64,000 nucleotides of DNA. Source: Gnetum montanum. Taxonomy: Eukaryota > Plantae > Gnetophyta. The DNA lies in NCBI GenBank assembly GCA_015680685.1, contig MNCI01002813.1:248001-312000 (forward strand), in the 5' to 3' direction. The stretch's first letter is position 1; each line of letters opens with the position of its first letter. Positions 49,705 through 63,500 of this stretch are shown here, piece after piece. The notes under the pieces were generated by a model. It was not told the DNA's origin. It was given only the letters and a program-made list of their open reading frames with translations, and did no database searches. Both the position numbers and the translations under genes were made by a program.

Positions 49705-51482
49705 AAAAGCACCCTAAAATTTTAATATCCTCTTACTTTATCTAGGTCTTGGGAATCAGGCAAGGGATTTTGACAAGTGTGGCGTCATGGCATCTTGGTA
49801 GGAAATGAATGCACTAAGTTTAAACTATTTAGTTCAGCAAGTTTTCTACCTCTAGAGCTGATAGGCCCGATGGACTCTTCGACCTACCCACCTAGGTATT
49901 TCACTTGGCTGATAGTCTATTTAGAAGCCATGCTTGGGGTTGTTGGTAGTGCTTAGGATGTGCAAAATAGTTTGGAAACTTTTCTAGTGAAGAATTTTTC
50001 TATGCTACGCTATGCTATGTAGCGTAGCAGACCTTAGAAAATAGTTCTTCAAGTAATCAAACTATTGCAGAACAAGGTCCTATATGCTACATAGCATAGC
50101 ATAGCATAGCAAAGGAAAAATAAAAAGGCCTAGATTACCAAGTGATTCCAATGAAAAAATTGCACTTGACAAGAACTTCGGCCTCCAAAACTATTTTCCT
50201 TGTTCGACTTCAAGTCCTTCAGGAAGGTCTCTTTCAAGAAAGTGATGAATTGAGCAAAAATCAAGGCATGACAGCTGCTATGCTATGCTATGCTACATAG
50301 CATAGTATAGTGTAGCGACCATACAAAAGCATCAAGAAATGTTTCAAATGCAATTTTAGCAAGTTTTGAGGTTCTCCTTCACAAAAGAAAAAAAGTTGTG
50401 GTTGTTAGCATGATTAAATCTCCAAACAAGTGTTTGCAACTTCAGCATGAGTTGTTGATAAAGCCAACTACTATGCTATGCTATGTTATGTAGTGTAGCG
50501 TAGTATAGTAGAGATGCAAATTCAACAAAGTGCTTCAATAGTTACCTTGATGTACACCAAAGTTTCCAACAGATGCAGTTGACTTCTATGCAAATTTCCT
50601 TTTCAAACTGGTGGCTACGCTGTGCTATGCTACATAGCATAGGAAATAGCTATAGTACATCAGTATGCTTCATCCCTTACTTGCACTATTCATGTACCTG
50701 ATGCCAACACTCCCAGTTTCAACAATGTGATTATAGCATGGTAGGTTCATAATCAATTTTGCATGTCCATGTAGCACAGACATGTCAGCTCCTCATGGGT
50801 CCAAGGCATGTGACATCTAAACTACATTTCTCACGTTCTCCTAGCCCTATAAATACCTTGACAAGAAATGCTCAAAGGGTTGACAAAAATTTGGTAAAGT
50901 TGGCAAAAATTTGTAGGCAAACCGACAATTAGGTTGGCAAATTGTGTGGTTGGAAAAAATTTCGTTTGTTGGTAAAAAATGTCAAATTTAGGCAAACTTG
51001 GTTAGAAATTTTGAGCATTTCTAGCCTTTTTTGTTGCACTTTGCATTGTTGGATTTTGAGTCTGCATTCAAGCACATAGTTGGCCTACTTTGAACATCCT
51101 GGTTACCTTTGGGATCTCTATGCTTCCCAGTGTCATACAACTGATTATATCCATTTCAAAAAAGTAAAGTCACAATCTTGAGGTGGTGCACTTTTCTAAT
51201 TCTAGTTCACTTTACATTCCTACTTATTATCACTACATTTTACATCATTTTTTGGTTCATCACATTTAATAATTATTATATCACATTATAAACATCATTT
51301 TCACATTACACATTTACAAAAGGTTTAGTGATATCGACTAAGTCCCTATCTAATCGACTAGACCATTCAGGGTGCCCCATTTCCATTTTTATCCAGCATG
51401 GCCCTCACATGAATTTGAGGTTAAAACTATTAGCTTGACAACCTATTAGTGTTTCTGGCCACTGATGTTTTCGATTGCTACA
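49705..51482 (+). mobile_element. Solo LTR of a Tat-related family inside the 5' LTR of copia B
   Basis: Ends resemble the T1 LTR ends (..caccctaaaatttt; actgatgttttcgattgctaCA). Near-TSD ATTTC/GTTTC. The copia LTR is contiguous across it when compared with 27450-27490. Confidence 0.75.
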
Positions 51483-52354
51483 GTTTCAAGGCTTCCACTA
51501 ACTTTATAATTTTGAGCTTCACACCATATTTTTTTACTACAACGCCAACAACTTAATCCCACAAGATCTTGACAAGATCAAGTACATCAATCTTGCAAGG
51601 CAACAAGAATAATATTTACAAGGAATAATTGCAACTCAGTTTGTTGATCCTTGCATAGTTAAGTACAACACACTTTACAAAGCCAAAAAATGATTAGAAA
51701 ATGAGGAGCAATAGAAAATTAAATTGTACAATGAATACAACAATGCTTGCTCATTTTCCAATGAATATGAAGTCTTCTTATAGCTATTGTGTTTCTAAAT
51801 CCTACTTGAGACTTGTAAAATCATTAGCTAATGGTCAGTAATAGTCATGGGAGACATATTTCTTGTGCCTAAAACATCTCTTTGAATTTTCCTTAAAATT
51901 TGAAAAGATGTATTTATTTCTTGATAGATGTCTTTTTGAAGTTTCTACTCTATAAGATGTCTTGGTCTTGTGGAAGATGTCTTTCTAGACTTGGTCTATA
52001 ATCTGTAAAGACATCTTTTCCTTGTGAAAGACATCTTTATCTAAGAAAGACATCTTACTATTTATAAAGATGTTTTTGTTTGAGTTTTCTCTAAATTTAC
52101 TAAGATTTCTACTGCTTCCTAGAGACATATTTCTTCACTTTCTCTTGCATGATGAATGCATTGTTCCTTATTTGCAACCTTCATATTTTGTATATTTTAA
52201 TGATGTTCACTTGTAAACTATCAAGTCCTTGTCCACATTCTTTGGATGTTTGTTTGAAGACATGTGGGTGACCTCCTCCTTTGAGCTCTAGGATAGTTCG
52301 TTTCTTGTCCTCTTTAGATCATCTTGGTTTCCCATGTACATAGTCCTAAAAACA

Positions 52355-54411
52355 CACCAAAAGGTCCACAATAATCATAGATGACACCTAAAGGAAAACA
52401 TGGATAGGAGATGGAACCATCCCAACCAAGTGATAAGTAGCCTAGAACTGGAAGGGGATAACACTAAAAATAGCCCTAGGAGAATGTAGTTGAGATCCAT
52501 GCAATGAGACCTCTTTGAGAGGAGCTTGAAGTGGAATCTATTTAACATATTTCGAAAGCTAAAATATAGTAGTCTCACTAAGATGAGGTTCCAAGACCAA
52601 GGCCAAACCTTAAAGTAACCTTGAAATATGCCTACCTTGCACAAATTTGTTCCAATGAGATATAGAGTTTAGTTCTCCAAGATCTAAACTTTGGATCCTT
52701 CTTAGAATTTACTTTAAAATAAGTTCAAATCCAATTGCATAACTCTCCCATGTGGTCCATTTTAACTTCCAACAAAGAATGATATATGGGAGAAACTTAT
52801 CTTTTTTCGAGTAGTACGTAGGAGGATGCCACTATGAAAATCAAGGACCACTTGGCATTCTTTGTGCATTTACTACCTTTTTGTTTTGCATCCATTCATC
52901 TATTCTAGGTACACCAATTAGCTTTTCTCTAAATAGTTAGCATATTCTCTGATTACTGCCATGGCCCGAAATGGCCTAAAACTATATTCTACCATAGCCT
53001 AAAATGGCCTAAACTATATCATTGCTACGGCATGGCCTGAAATGGCCTAAAACTATATTCCACCATGGCCCAAAATGGCCTAAGACTATATCATTGCTAT
53101 GCCATGGCCCGAAAAACCTAAAACTATATTCCACCATGGTCCAAAATGGCCTAAAACTATATCATTACTATTCCATGGCCCGAACTAGCCTAAAACTATA
53201 TTCCACCATGGCCCAAAATGGCCTAAAACTATATCATTGCTATGCCATGGCCCAAAATAGCCTAAAAATATGTTCCACCATGGACTAAAATGGCCTAAAA
53301 CTATATCATTACCATGATGTCCTAAAATGGGCTAAAACTATACCTTTTCCAGAGCCCAAAATAGCCTAAAACTAGCAATAGCCCGAAATGGCCTAAAACT
53401 AAAACAAAAAAACATAGAAATCGATTGCATGAATAACATACATAAAGCATAAACTAGAGTAGCATCAATCTTGCCATAATTCATTTTGCATTTAAAACTT
53501 CACTTATACAATGTTTCCAATAGTTTTACAAAATTTTCACAAAAAACATGAAAATACAAAAATCAAGAGCCTTGTGGTCATGCATCATCTTCCCCTTCAT
53601 CGTTTCCCTCTACACTGCCTTCTTCTACTACATCATCATTTCCACCCTCTAGGGGCCCTGCTTCTTCGTTTGGAACCTACATCATAGAAATGAAGTAATC
53701 AACTAGAGTTACATGTAAAAGCTAGAAAATCATAAATTGTTACATCATGGAAAGTGACTAACCCAAGATGGCCCTACATCTGTCTTGAGGGGTATGTGAT
53801 CGAATTAGATCCCAAGGAGGTGCCATACCTCCTCCTCCATGATATCCTTCCAATTTCTATCACTTAGTTTGGTGTTTGTTATAGCCTTTTCCTTTTCAAT
53901 GGCCATCCATCTTGGTGGTCTTGGAGAAAATGAGGTGATGGTGGTCTCACCTATGGAAAGATTCACTTCCTGCTTAGGTGACTTAGTGATTGTCACATGT
54001 TGCATGAATTTTTTGTATGCCTCAGAAGCACCAATGATATCTATGAATGCTTCATAAGTGAACAACTTCACTAAAGCATATCAATATTGTTTAAAATAGG
54101 TGGCACATTCTAGTTTATACATATGCTTATGATTCTTATAATACTGCCCCCACTCGTAAACTCTAGCACTATAGTCCTTCTAGTTTTGGTTCTTCTGGGC
54201 CAACAAACCCATCTACATCTGCTGTTCAATTATTTCCTAGGTGGCCTCATTGTTGCACCACATAGCCATCCAGTATCTCGCATTATCTATCATATTTGTG
54301 CACCAACTTCCATCATTGGTATCATAGGCCAGGAGGAACTCATTCCTGGAATGAAGGTCTCCCACCTCGATGATCAAATTGGCCATTTCTCTCTCTTACC
54401 TTTGGACCTAT
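52355..54411 (+). mobile_element. Fragment of a diverged third Tat element T3 (probable end of PR region, intron repeats, 3' exons of the antisense gene)
   Basis: Minus ORF 53805-54071 (IIGASEAYKKF..GETTITSFSPRPPRWMAIEKEKA) is homologous to T1 38973-39206 (GETTIPSFFPKPPHWTPVEKGK). Same repeat core as T1 and T2. Confidence 0.75.
52958..53400. repeat. Tandem array of alternating 33- and 39-bp units (72-bp higher-order repeat)
   Basis: Core ccatggcccaaaatggcctaaaactata followed alternately by ttcca or tcattgctatg. Confidence 0.9.
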
Positions 54412-55688
54412 TGAAACATCATGAAAATTTTGAGGCCTTAGAGGTTCAGAAAAAGGCTAGTGATTTAGACAAAGGATCGCAACAAAGTACAGTGTAGTAA
54501 GTTCCTTTTTAGTTGAAGTTCTGTCCTGCGATGCTGCGTAGCACAGCACGAGCAAATTCCAGAAGATGGAGCAAAGCGATGGATGCACGGTGCCAAAACT
54601 TCTAACTTTGCAAGTTATCTATTTTGAAAATCTTAACTTTTGGCAAATTACATTGTATTACGCTACATAGCAGAACATCACATTATGTAGCGTAATGTCA
54701 GAAAATAGTACGCTGCAAACATTAGGGATGAAAAATGTTTAAGGCTTGAACAAACACTTTTTTTTGTTTACAGATGTGCTATTTTATGATGGACTATGCT
54801 GTGAAGTGTAATCTAGTGCAGCGTAGTGTAAGCATGGAAAATGGTGGCTTAATACAAGTAGCAGTAGTCTATACAATGTGATACACTCTCCAGTGTGTCG
54901 TTGCATAATCCTTGTTGCCAAATTCCTAGTTTACGATGCATTACGCTTTAGTGTGCAAGGCAGGGTGGCATCATAAGCTTCAGCAACCACCACATCAAGT
55001 CAATGACATCTTGTAGATTTAAGAAATGCATAATCTAAATCACTTTTTTCTCCCAATCCTAACCTTATAAATGCTTTAGTGGATGAAGATCAAAGGGGTA
55101 GGGCAAAATTTTTCTTTCAAGGTTGGCAAAAGAGAAAAAGAGAATCAGCGATCGTGAGAACGTCGAAGGTGATTGACAAGAATTCTTGATCAGAAATAAT
55201 TGGCTACTGGATATTCTCCCATGGGTCTGACTTCCTTGCACCCAAATTGGCTAGATCAAGGTAGATTGATCCTCACTTGTTTCATCATTACATAACTTTC
55301 TTGTTACTGGCATATGATTCTCTTGTATCAAACATATTTTTTTTCATAAATTAAATCCCAGATCTTGTGATCGTATTCTCTACCAAATCTAATCTCTTGC
55401 ATCCTAGTTAGAAAGATTTGGCAATCTCATCTAAATCATTTGCATTTTCTTCAATTTCTTTCGAGATTAACAAAATTTGCAACTCTTTATAAAGAATCTC
55501 CATTTTACCATCAAATTACTACCAAACATTTTACTGATTAAATAAGCCCCTGTCTGATCAACAAGACCGTTCAGGGCACCTCGGATTCATTTTTCTCTCC
55601 AGCACGGTCCTCGCATGGATCTGGGTTAGAACTATGTACATAGACTTTCGTTTGGTATTTCCAACGATCGACATTTTCCGTTGTTATA
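54412..55688 (+). repeat. 5' LTR of T2
   Basis: Reverse-complement similarity to the T1 LTRs is high over about 54900-55688 and weaker in the 5' part. Confidence 0.85.
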
Positions 55689-55944
55689 GTTTTCTGGTGT
55701 TAGGAGGAGGGCCTTCATATCCAATCCATATTTTATAGGTAGTCTTGTAAGCTATCTATACCCATTGGCAACCAATGTAAACATAATAACTCCGAGATTG
55801 TTTATGAAATTGTGTGGTGTAGATTGGTAGCTTTGACAATTCCTTTGGAATCCTACAAGATAAAAATCCCTAATTATTATCTTAGTTCACCTCTATCCTT
55901 TCGATATCTCCTTTTATTGTCATTATCTCCCAATTTTGTAGAAA

Positions 55945-58900
55945 ATGACTACATCAACTACTGTCGTTGACACCACTAGCCTTAAGAACCCTTGGACCAT
56001 GCAAGTCACGCCTCCTATGATTGGGCAACCAACTAGTCCAGTGCGACCATGCTGCTCCCTCAGGCTACAAAACAAGAAGCCTGAGGGACAAGCTCAACAC
56101 AAGGAACACTACAATTTCCTCTATGCTAAGCTAACGACAAACTTGCCTATGTATCCATAAGAACTCGAGCAAAAATGAGAGTATGAGTTCATGTACTACA
56201 ATGGGAAGGAATTTTTTCCTTCACCTAACACTAATGTACCCCTAAAAAATCAAAAAAATTGGATCTTAGATCAAATGTTGATGGCTAAGACATCACCAGA
56301 ACAGCTAGAGGTCTTGTTCCGTGATGAAACGCTTCAAGACAAACAAGATGATCTAGAATCTCACTCTAAAGAAGGTAGTCATGCTGATTTCACAATGGCC
56401 CCTCCTTCCACGATATCCTGCATAAATACATTTTTCATGGTTACCACGCTTCTAACATTATCCAATACTGATCAAGTCCTTCATTCACCATGTTTAAATT
56501 TTCTCTCTCCAACTATCTTCCTAGGTGACGATCCATCACAAATCATTCCTCAGTAGGTGTGATTACCTAACTCACCTCATCGTGTGCCTATGCCTGTGCC
56601 ACCACATGTCCATGCAATACCCACAATGCTGACTATGCTCCCGATTCACATGACAGTGCCTACCACCATAGCATGGTGGGCTCCCAACATGTCTCTTGGT
56701 GCGCATCCTATGCAAATGCATCACCATCCCCACCTTCAAAGCCGCATCTCGCAAGTGCTAAACCCAGTTACAGGACAACTACCCATGCCCCCAACTACAC
56801 AAACAGTGTACCCAATAGTGCAGCCGATGGTGGTTCCTCCATCTGCACCAACCACTAGATGGTGGATTCTGCAAGCAACACTACCTATAGGGACTATCCC
56901 AATGGCACCGACTATTGGGCAAGCCGTTGCCTCCATCTTGCCACCTGGTGTAGCTCCCCCTTCTACTCCACAAATGACATCATCATCTACAGGTTTGGAC
57001 CAAGCCTTCCAGCTCATCTATACCCTTATAGAAGAAGTCAAGTATCTCAAGGCTGCTGGCTTTGACATGGTACAAGTCATGGATTTCTACCATGATGATC
57101 CTATTAGCCCAACAGTCCCAGTCTTGTTGTTGCCATCTGGGATGCCCCTTCACCATTTCACAAAATACAATGGGGAAGGTGATCCCAATGCCCACCTCGT
57201 CACTTTTAGTTCAGAGTCCTTATTGTTACAATAGTGGCCACATACTATAATCCATGTCTTTACTATGTCCTTAATGGGTAAAGCTTTGGATTGGTATCAA
57301 GCACTTCCACATGCTTTCATTTCAACTTTGGAAGAGCTGTTAACCCAGTTTTTGACTCACTTCAAATACAACCTGAAGCCAGAAGTCATACTAGACCAGC
57401 TCATAGGACTTAAGGAAGAGCCACTTGAGTTAGTCCAAAAGTTCATACAGTGGTGGAGTACCACCTTGAATGAAATCTGTGAACCCATCACAGAGGCCCA
57501 TCTACTAGCAATCTTCAAGGGAGCAGTCAATGACTTTATCAAGTCTAAGTTGTATTACCTCACCCCCCATTCCCTCATCCAAGCCTTTGCTTAGAATAAG
57601 AGCATCCAAGATGCAGTAGAGGCTAGTAAATATCTATCGTACGTGGTCTACAAGAATTCCCATATTAAGGATGAGGAAAAAGGCAAAGTCACAACAACGA
57701 CAGTGGTGGCGCTTGATGAAGGGGCAAAGAAGAAAAATAAAAATAACAAGAAAACTACTGTGGAGCTAGTTGAGTCGAAAACTAGCTCAAATGACACCAA
57801 TCAAGAAGCTTCTTTTGCCCCCAAAGCATCTCCACAACCAAGGCCAAAATTTGAGCATAAAGATCAATCAAATTATGCAATCCTACCTGTGAAGCCTTTG
57901 GAACTTCTGAAGCAATTATTGGGAATTGGCCACATCTGATACAAGGCGATGTCTGAGGAGGCTCTAAAATTCCATAGGCACCATTGTGAGCTACTCAAGA
58001 ATCCCTCCTTACCCCAACCTAATGAACTGCCTATGCCCAAGAACTTTAAGCTAGACTGATTCTGCAACTACCACCAATTATGTGGCCATAACATGGACTA
58101 CTGCTGGGCATTAAAGATGAAATCCAGTGCCTGATAGATCAAGGTAACTTGATCTTAGATAGTAGTAGCCCGACAAGCCCAGAAAACTAGGCCATGCATG
58201 TGTACCAAGATCTGTTGAATGCAAATAATGTAGGGTACATAATCAACATGGTCGGAATAGAGGGAGATAATCAGGTGTAGCCAAGGTGGCCTTTTGTGTT
58301 GTGAATGCAACCTCACTCAACCCAAACAATAGGTCCATTAGCGCCAACGAGTGGAACTCCAAGGCACCATTTCATGCTTCAAACTTTGTCTTAGAATGCT
58401 TCCCAATAGCCTGCAATCATTAAAGTCATGGTGCAGCCCGCGCCTACACCCAAGGCACCCTTAGTTATCAGAGTACCAAAACTATCAACCATCCCTCCTA
58501 TGCAGGGGAAATCTTCTAAGTCAAACCCTCCTACTGTCACTATTGATGTGGCCAAGGGTCTTCTTATGCTAGGGTTACCCAAACCTCAACCCCTTGCATC
58601 TACACCTTTAGCCCCACTTGTCAAAAACAAAGAGGTTACACAAAAACAATTATCTCCCCCAAGCTAAAGGAAGTGTAACCCTCGGCCAAGTGTCACTCCT
58701 CCCCATGAAATTTGCCTCTTATGGTGAATGGAAGAGGAAAAGGGTGACAAAAAACCTGATCATGGGCAAGATCTCTTTGATGCCCTAGCACAAGTCAAAC
58801 AAGATATGAAACAAAAAAATTCAACAATGAGCCTTTATGACTTGCTCATGACGTTGTAGACACATTGTGAGGCTATGGTTTGCATGCTAACATCGATACC

Positions 58901-59660
58901 TATGGATGAAAGCCTGTTAGAAGAAGAAGAAGAAATCCACTCTATCATGCTTCCCCCCACCACTAAAAAACAAGATCCCACCCCATTGACCTTTTTTGAC
59001 GAATCCATTAAGGACAATCCTGAAGGTCAAGTGACAATGGAACCCATGTTCATCACCATTCGGGTCAGCCAACACCGAATCCAGAGAGTACATGTAGATG
59101 ATGGGGTGGCCACTAATGTCATCCCTTATCTCATAGTGGAGAAATTAGGCCTAATCAATCAGATCAGTCCTACAATGATGTCATGCCTAAAGTCATTCAA
59201 CGGGGCACGGGTGCAAGTCAAAGGGACCATTCATATCAACTTTATGGCAGGGGACCAGTTCCTCACAGACACTACGTTCATTGTGGTCAAGGAAATTCCT
59301 AGATTCAATTTGATTCTTGGGAGGTCTTGGTTAGCCCAACTAAGAGCAATTTCATCACCCATTCATCAGGAAATCCATTTGCCTTATGTAGGAGGAGAAG
59401 TGGTTATCTGCAGTGATGAAATAACCCCTCAGGATGTTAATAACATAGAGATAGAATAAGGGTCAGAGATCGAAATGCCTGAGAATCCATCTCTTGTCCA
59501 AGTACCCGAGCAAGCCGAAATAGTGGCTAATGATAGCCTAACTTGGGCCAAACTACTATTCCCAGAGGAAGATTGCGATGCAAAGGGGAAGGGCCATAAA
59601 TCTCCCTATCCTTATGCATCGTTGAAAATCAAAGAAATTAAGAAACAGTTACAGAGTTAG
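55945..59660 (+). pseudogene. T2 gag-protease
   Basis: FTKYNGEGDPNAHL, MSLMGKALDWYQAL, FCNYHQLCGHNMDYCWAL knuckle, VHVDDGVATNVIP, FNLILGRSWL. Confidence 0.9.
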
Positions 59661-59849
59661 CAAGTAAAAATTGTTTCCTAACTAATATGGTTTCATCATC
59701 CATTCTATTTACACTTACCATTTATACTTCTTATGTTTACGCATGTACTTACGCTTTCCACTAGCTAGTCTCATTACGCTCATGTTATCTTTGTGTTTAG
59801 CTTTACGTTTCTATTTTCTTTAATCCTATTTTCTTTACTCCTACTAAAA

Positions 59850-60390
59850 AAGGCCCAAAATGGCCTTAAACTAGCAACCTTATCTACACTTTGCACCCGA
59901 ATTACATGAAGGCCCGAAATGGCCCTAAACTAGCGACTTCATTTACGTGTGGAACCTGAATCAGCTACGGCCTGAAATGGCCTTAAACTAGCAATTTCAT
60001 TTACCCTTTGTATCTAAATATCACTTATGCTTGAAATGCAAATTTCATTCGTGCTTTATACTATAATCCAATTGATGCTTACTCTTCATACCTTAAACTA
60101 AAAAGGAGGCCTAAAATGGCCTTAGACTATCCAAGGCCCGAAATGGCCTTAAACTAGCAACGTTATCTACACTTCATACCCAAATTACGTGAAGGCCCAA
60201 AATGACCCTAAACTAGTGACTTCATTTACGCATGGCACCTGAATCAGCTACAGCCTGACATGGCCTTAAACTATACAAGGCTTGAAATGGCCTTAAACTA
60301 TACAAGGCCTGAAATGGGCTTAAACTAGCAATGTCATTTATGCTTTACATTTGGACAATTTAACAGTTCGCAATGGCTTCAAACTAGTAA
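59850..60390. repeat. Dispersed/tandem copies of GGCC(C/T)GAAATGGCCTTAAACTA in the T2 intron
   Basis: About 10 copies, including an internal duplication of 59850-59995 at 60135-60270. Confidence 0.85.
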
Positions 60391-60559
60391 CCACATTGAT
60401 GCTACGCTCTTAAAACTAATCACAATTTATCATAATGTTAAAACCCATGATACATTTTACATAAAGAAAAAACAACAAAAAGAACATTAAAATTAATACC
60501 AAAATTTGTTTCAAATATGTTAAAAGAAATAAATAGTCTCTTCTCGTTACACCATAATA

Positions 60560-63500
60560 AAACCTAAGGCTAATTCATTACGCATCCACCTTACTACCAC
60601 TGTCTTCTGTATCCTCCAGTTCAACTTCTACTCCAAGGAGGTGATCCTCATAGAGGCCACCCTTTGCATGAGGAACCCCTTCATAAGGATGGTCCTCTTC
60701 GTGAGACCCTTCAGTATGCTCTATTTCCTGTAAACCCTCTTCATGAGGACCACCATCTTTGATAGCTTCATCCTATCGAAGAATTTCCTCAAGTTGTTCC
60801 TGCGATTAGACATGGTACATAGATTAACATCATCATCAAAACTAGGTATAAAAAACGTAATAATACTGTAACTTACCTATGATCGTCCTGCATCAGCTGC
60901 AAAGGGAACTTTTTCTAAGCCAATCCACAGACATCACATGATTTCATCCTTGGTGAGCTCAGACCAAACCTCATCCCCTAGATTAGTTCCAACCTTGACC
61001 TTCCCCTTCTCCATGGGAGTCCATCAGGGTGGTTCAGGAAAGAAAGAAGGGATGGTAGTCTCACCTCCAGGAAGAGTAACTTCCCTTTCCAAAGAGGCAC
61101 TCACTATCACTTGCTCCTAGAACTTTTCAAATGCCTTGGAAGCACCAATAATGTCTAGAAACAGCAGAAGGGATTGAGCCTCAATGGTAGAGTCCCTATA
61201 ATGTTGACGGTAGGCAACGCTTTCTCGTTTGTAGACCTGTTTGTGATCTTTCTGCGTCTGCCCCACTCTTGAATACTTATGCTAAAGTCCTTCCAATCCT
61301 AGTTCTTTTGAGCAAGGATGTCCATTTGCATACGTTGTTCAACTAGTTCATGACTAGTTTGAGCACTGTTCCTGATGATAGCCTAATAACGGGTGTAGTC
61401 AACGATAGCTATCCTCCAATCCTCGCTTCCCATCCTTTGGGCTTGTAGGAATTCATTCTGTGATCTTAGATCCCTGACTTCATCATGTAGAGCCACTCTC
61501 TCCTTCTTCAACCTCTACAATCTCTTCCAGATTTCCTCATTTATGCTCTAACATTTCCATAAGGAGTGAGTTGAGCATCAAGCACATTTACGCATCTCAT
61601 CGTAAATGTTGTACGGCATGACAGTTGCTTCTAATGAGGGCTCGGTGGTGTCTAAATCGATAGGCTTTGGCAGGTCCCATCTGAGGTGAGCTTCTAATAA
61701 CATGAAAATAATAGTTAGGCATAATTAAGTAGCATAATTCCATAGTAAAATAACCTTTGTGTAATGATTGTAGCATACCATCTTCAAGATCGATTCGCTC
61801 TAAGCGACCGATCATATCTTGAATGACGTCTTCCATAAAGGTGAATTTATCAGGAAATTCACCCTAGGATTGAGTTGCCACTACTATTAAGGGCATGCTC
61901 TAGTCACCTATTATGTAGAATAAAAGGCATGACTAAGACATTACGATAACCAGTACAACCTGTAGAAGTTGTCTAGAGTCTACCACTACATCAAGCAATA
62001 AACCACTTGCCTCAATTAATTCTAGCCGAAAGGAATTCAGCATCCTTCATAGCTATTTCCTCTTCATGCACAGGAGGTTGTGCACTCCTTGCCTTATTAA
62101 CTAGGGCCTCTTCTTCTGAGACTGAGGCCCCTTCAACATGCTGTAAGAACATAGCCCCTGTTTTACGGGTCAACTGATCTACAACCTTTTTCCTCGTTGT
62201 TATACAACATGGCTAGTTAAAATAATATTTCACTTTTGTTCAAAAAATGTTACGCTCCAGTTTCTACACAAATCATAATCACTAACACATTTGGACACAT
62301 ACTGCCTAGAAGAATACTCCGTTGGAACCTAATTTGCATCTTTTTCTTGACACCACCCGCTAGCTCAGCAGATTCCTCGTTTAAACGAGGCCTTTTTTGC
62401 AGCACTAATGAATCCACCATCTTAGCAGCTAGGCACTTCCCCCTCGACACATCGCCAGTGTAAGAGGGGGGGTGCTCTACCCACACTGTCTTGGCCCCAT
62501 GTTCGAGGTGCTACCATACTTCTAGTCATTACCAACAATGACTTCCTGATCCCCTCAGGAGGGTCTTGCGACCAAATAGTGCTACAAATATGGGAGATCC
62601 ATGGTTTGGAGATCTGAGTGTGATCTTATTCCACCCAGACCCCATTCTTCTAGACCACCAGAAATTTGGCAAAATGTCAGAAGAAAGCTATGAAGAAGGA
62701 AAAATTCATGTTGAAACAGGTTTCAAGCTTCTGGAGAAGCCTGATGATCTGAATGCACAAGCCTTTAGCAAAATAGTTCACCCAATTGAATCGTGTCCTC
62801 TCCTCTAAGACCTCTTGCATAATTTGGGCCTTCTTGATGGTGAGGTATCTCCCTTGCAAGAGTGTCTTGGAGAAAGCCTGGGTCTGAAAAAGAAGATACA
62901 TGGTGTTGGCCACCTCCAACTCAATCCTATCACCAGGAATCCCCTTAGTTTCTTTCTGAACCCCTAGCCACTCCTCTATCTCTTTCTGGAGCTTGGAGTT
63001 CCTCTTCAACTTCTCATCTATGGGAAAATCATTGGAGGGGACCCCAAAGAGATCAGCAAACAGTTGAGCGTCAATGTCAAAATTTATAAGCACATTACGT
63101 ATGCGTATGTAGTAGCATCAGGGGTTATGGCCAAGAAAAGTTCCATCAGTCTAGCCTCACAAATGTTATTGGTTACTATAATTGGGGCTGCTCTATGGCC
63201 AAGCCAATGTTGTACCTCCTTTATATCACCATAATGGAAGAAGAGACTATTGGCCTCGAGATCGAAAGCCATGATTGTAATCTCCCGTGATTCCCTGACT
63301 ATTAACATGAAACCATAGTTAAACCGAGATGACTTCACATCGTCATCACACATTGACAAATGTTGATCCAATTCATCATTACCACAAAGCTTACCAAGCC
63401 TGAAAGGTAAAGGAAATAGAGGAATTTTCCTTTGCACATATGAAATGGTAAGGGAAGGGTCCAAAGTCCACTTCCTATCCAGCCATCTGAGTTTCTTGCA

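Larger units (their letters stand above)
27185..52354 (-). mobile_element. Ty1/copia-like element B, gag-only, both LTRs interrupted by Tat-family insertions
   Basis: 3' LTR = 27185-28333 plus 45631-45690, with PPT (rc caaaaagggacat) near 45692-45703. gag 48400-49380. PBS rc aatgatattagagc (decayed TGGTATCAGAGC, tRNA-iMet) at 49421-49434. 5' LTR = 49435-49704 plus 51483-52354, outer end truncated. Confidence 0.8.

Noticed and set aside
52958-53400. CRISPR-like appearance of a conserved core with short intervening sequences
   Set aside because: The spacers are two alternating near-identical sequences, there are no cas genes, and the context is a eukaryotic retroelement. It is a tandem repeat.
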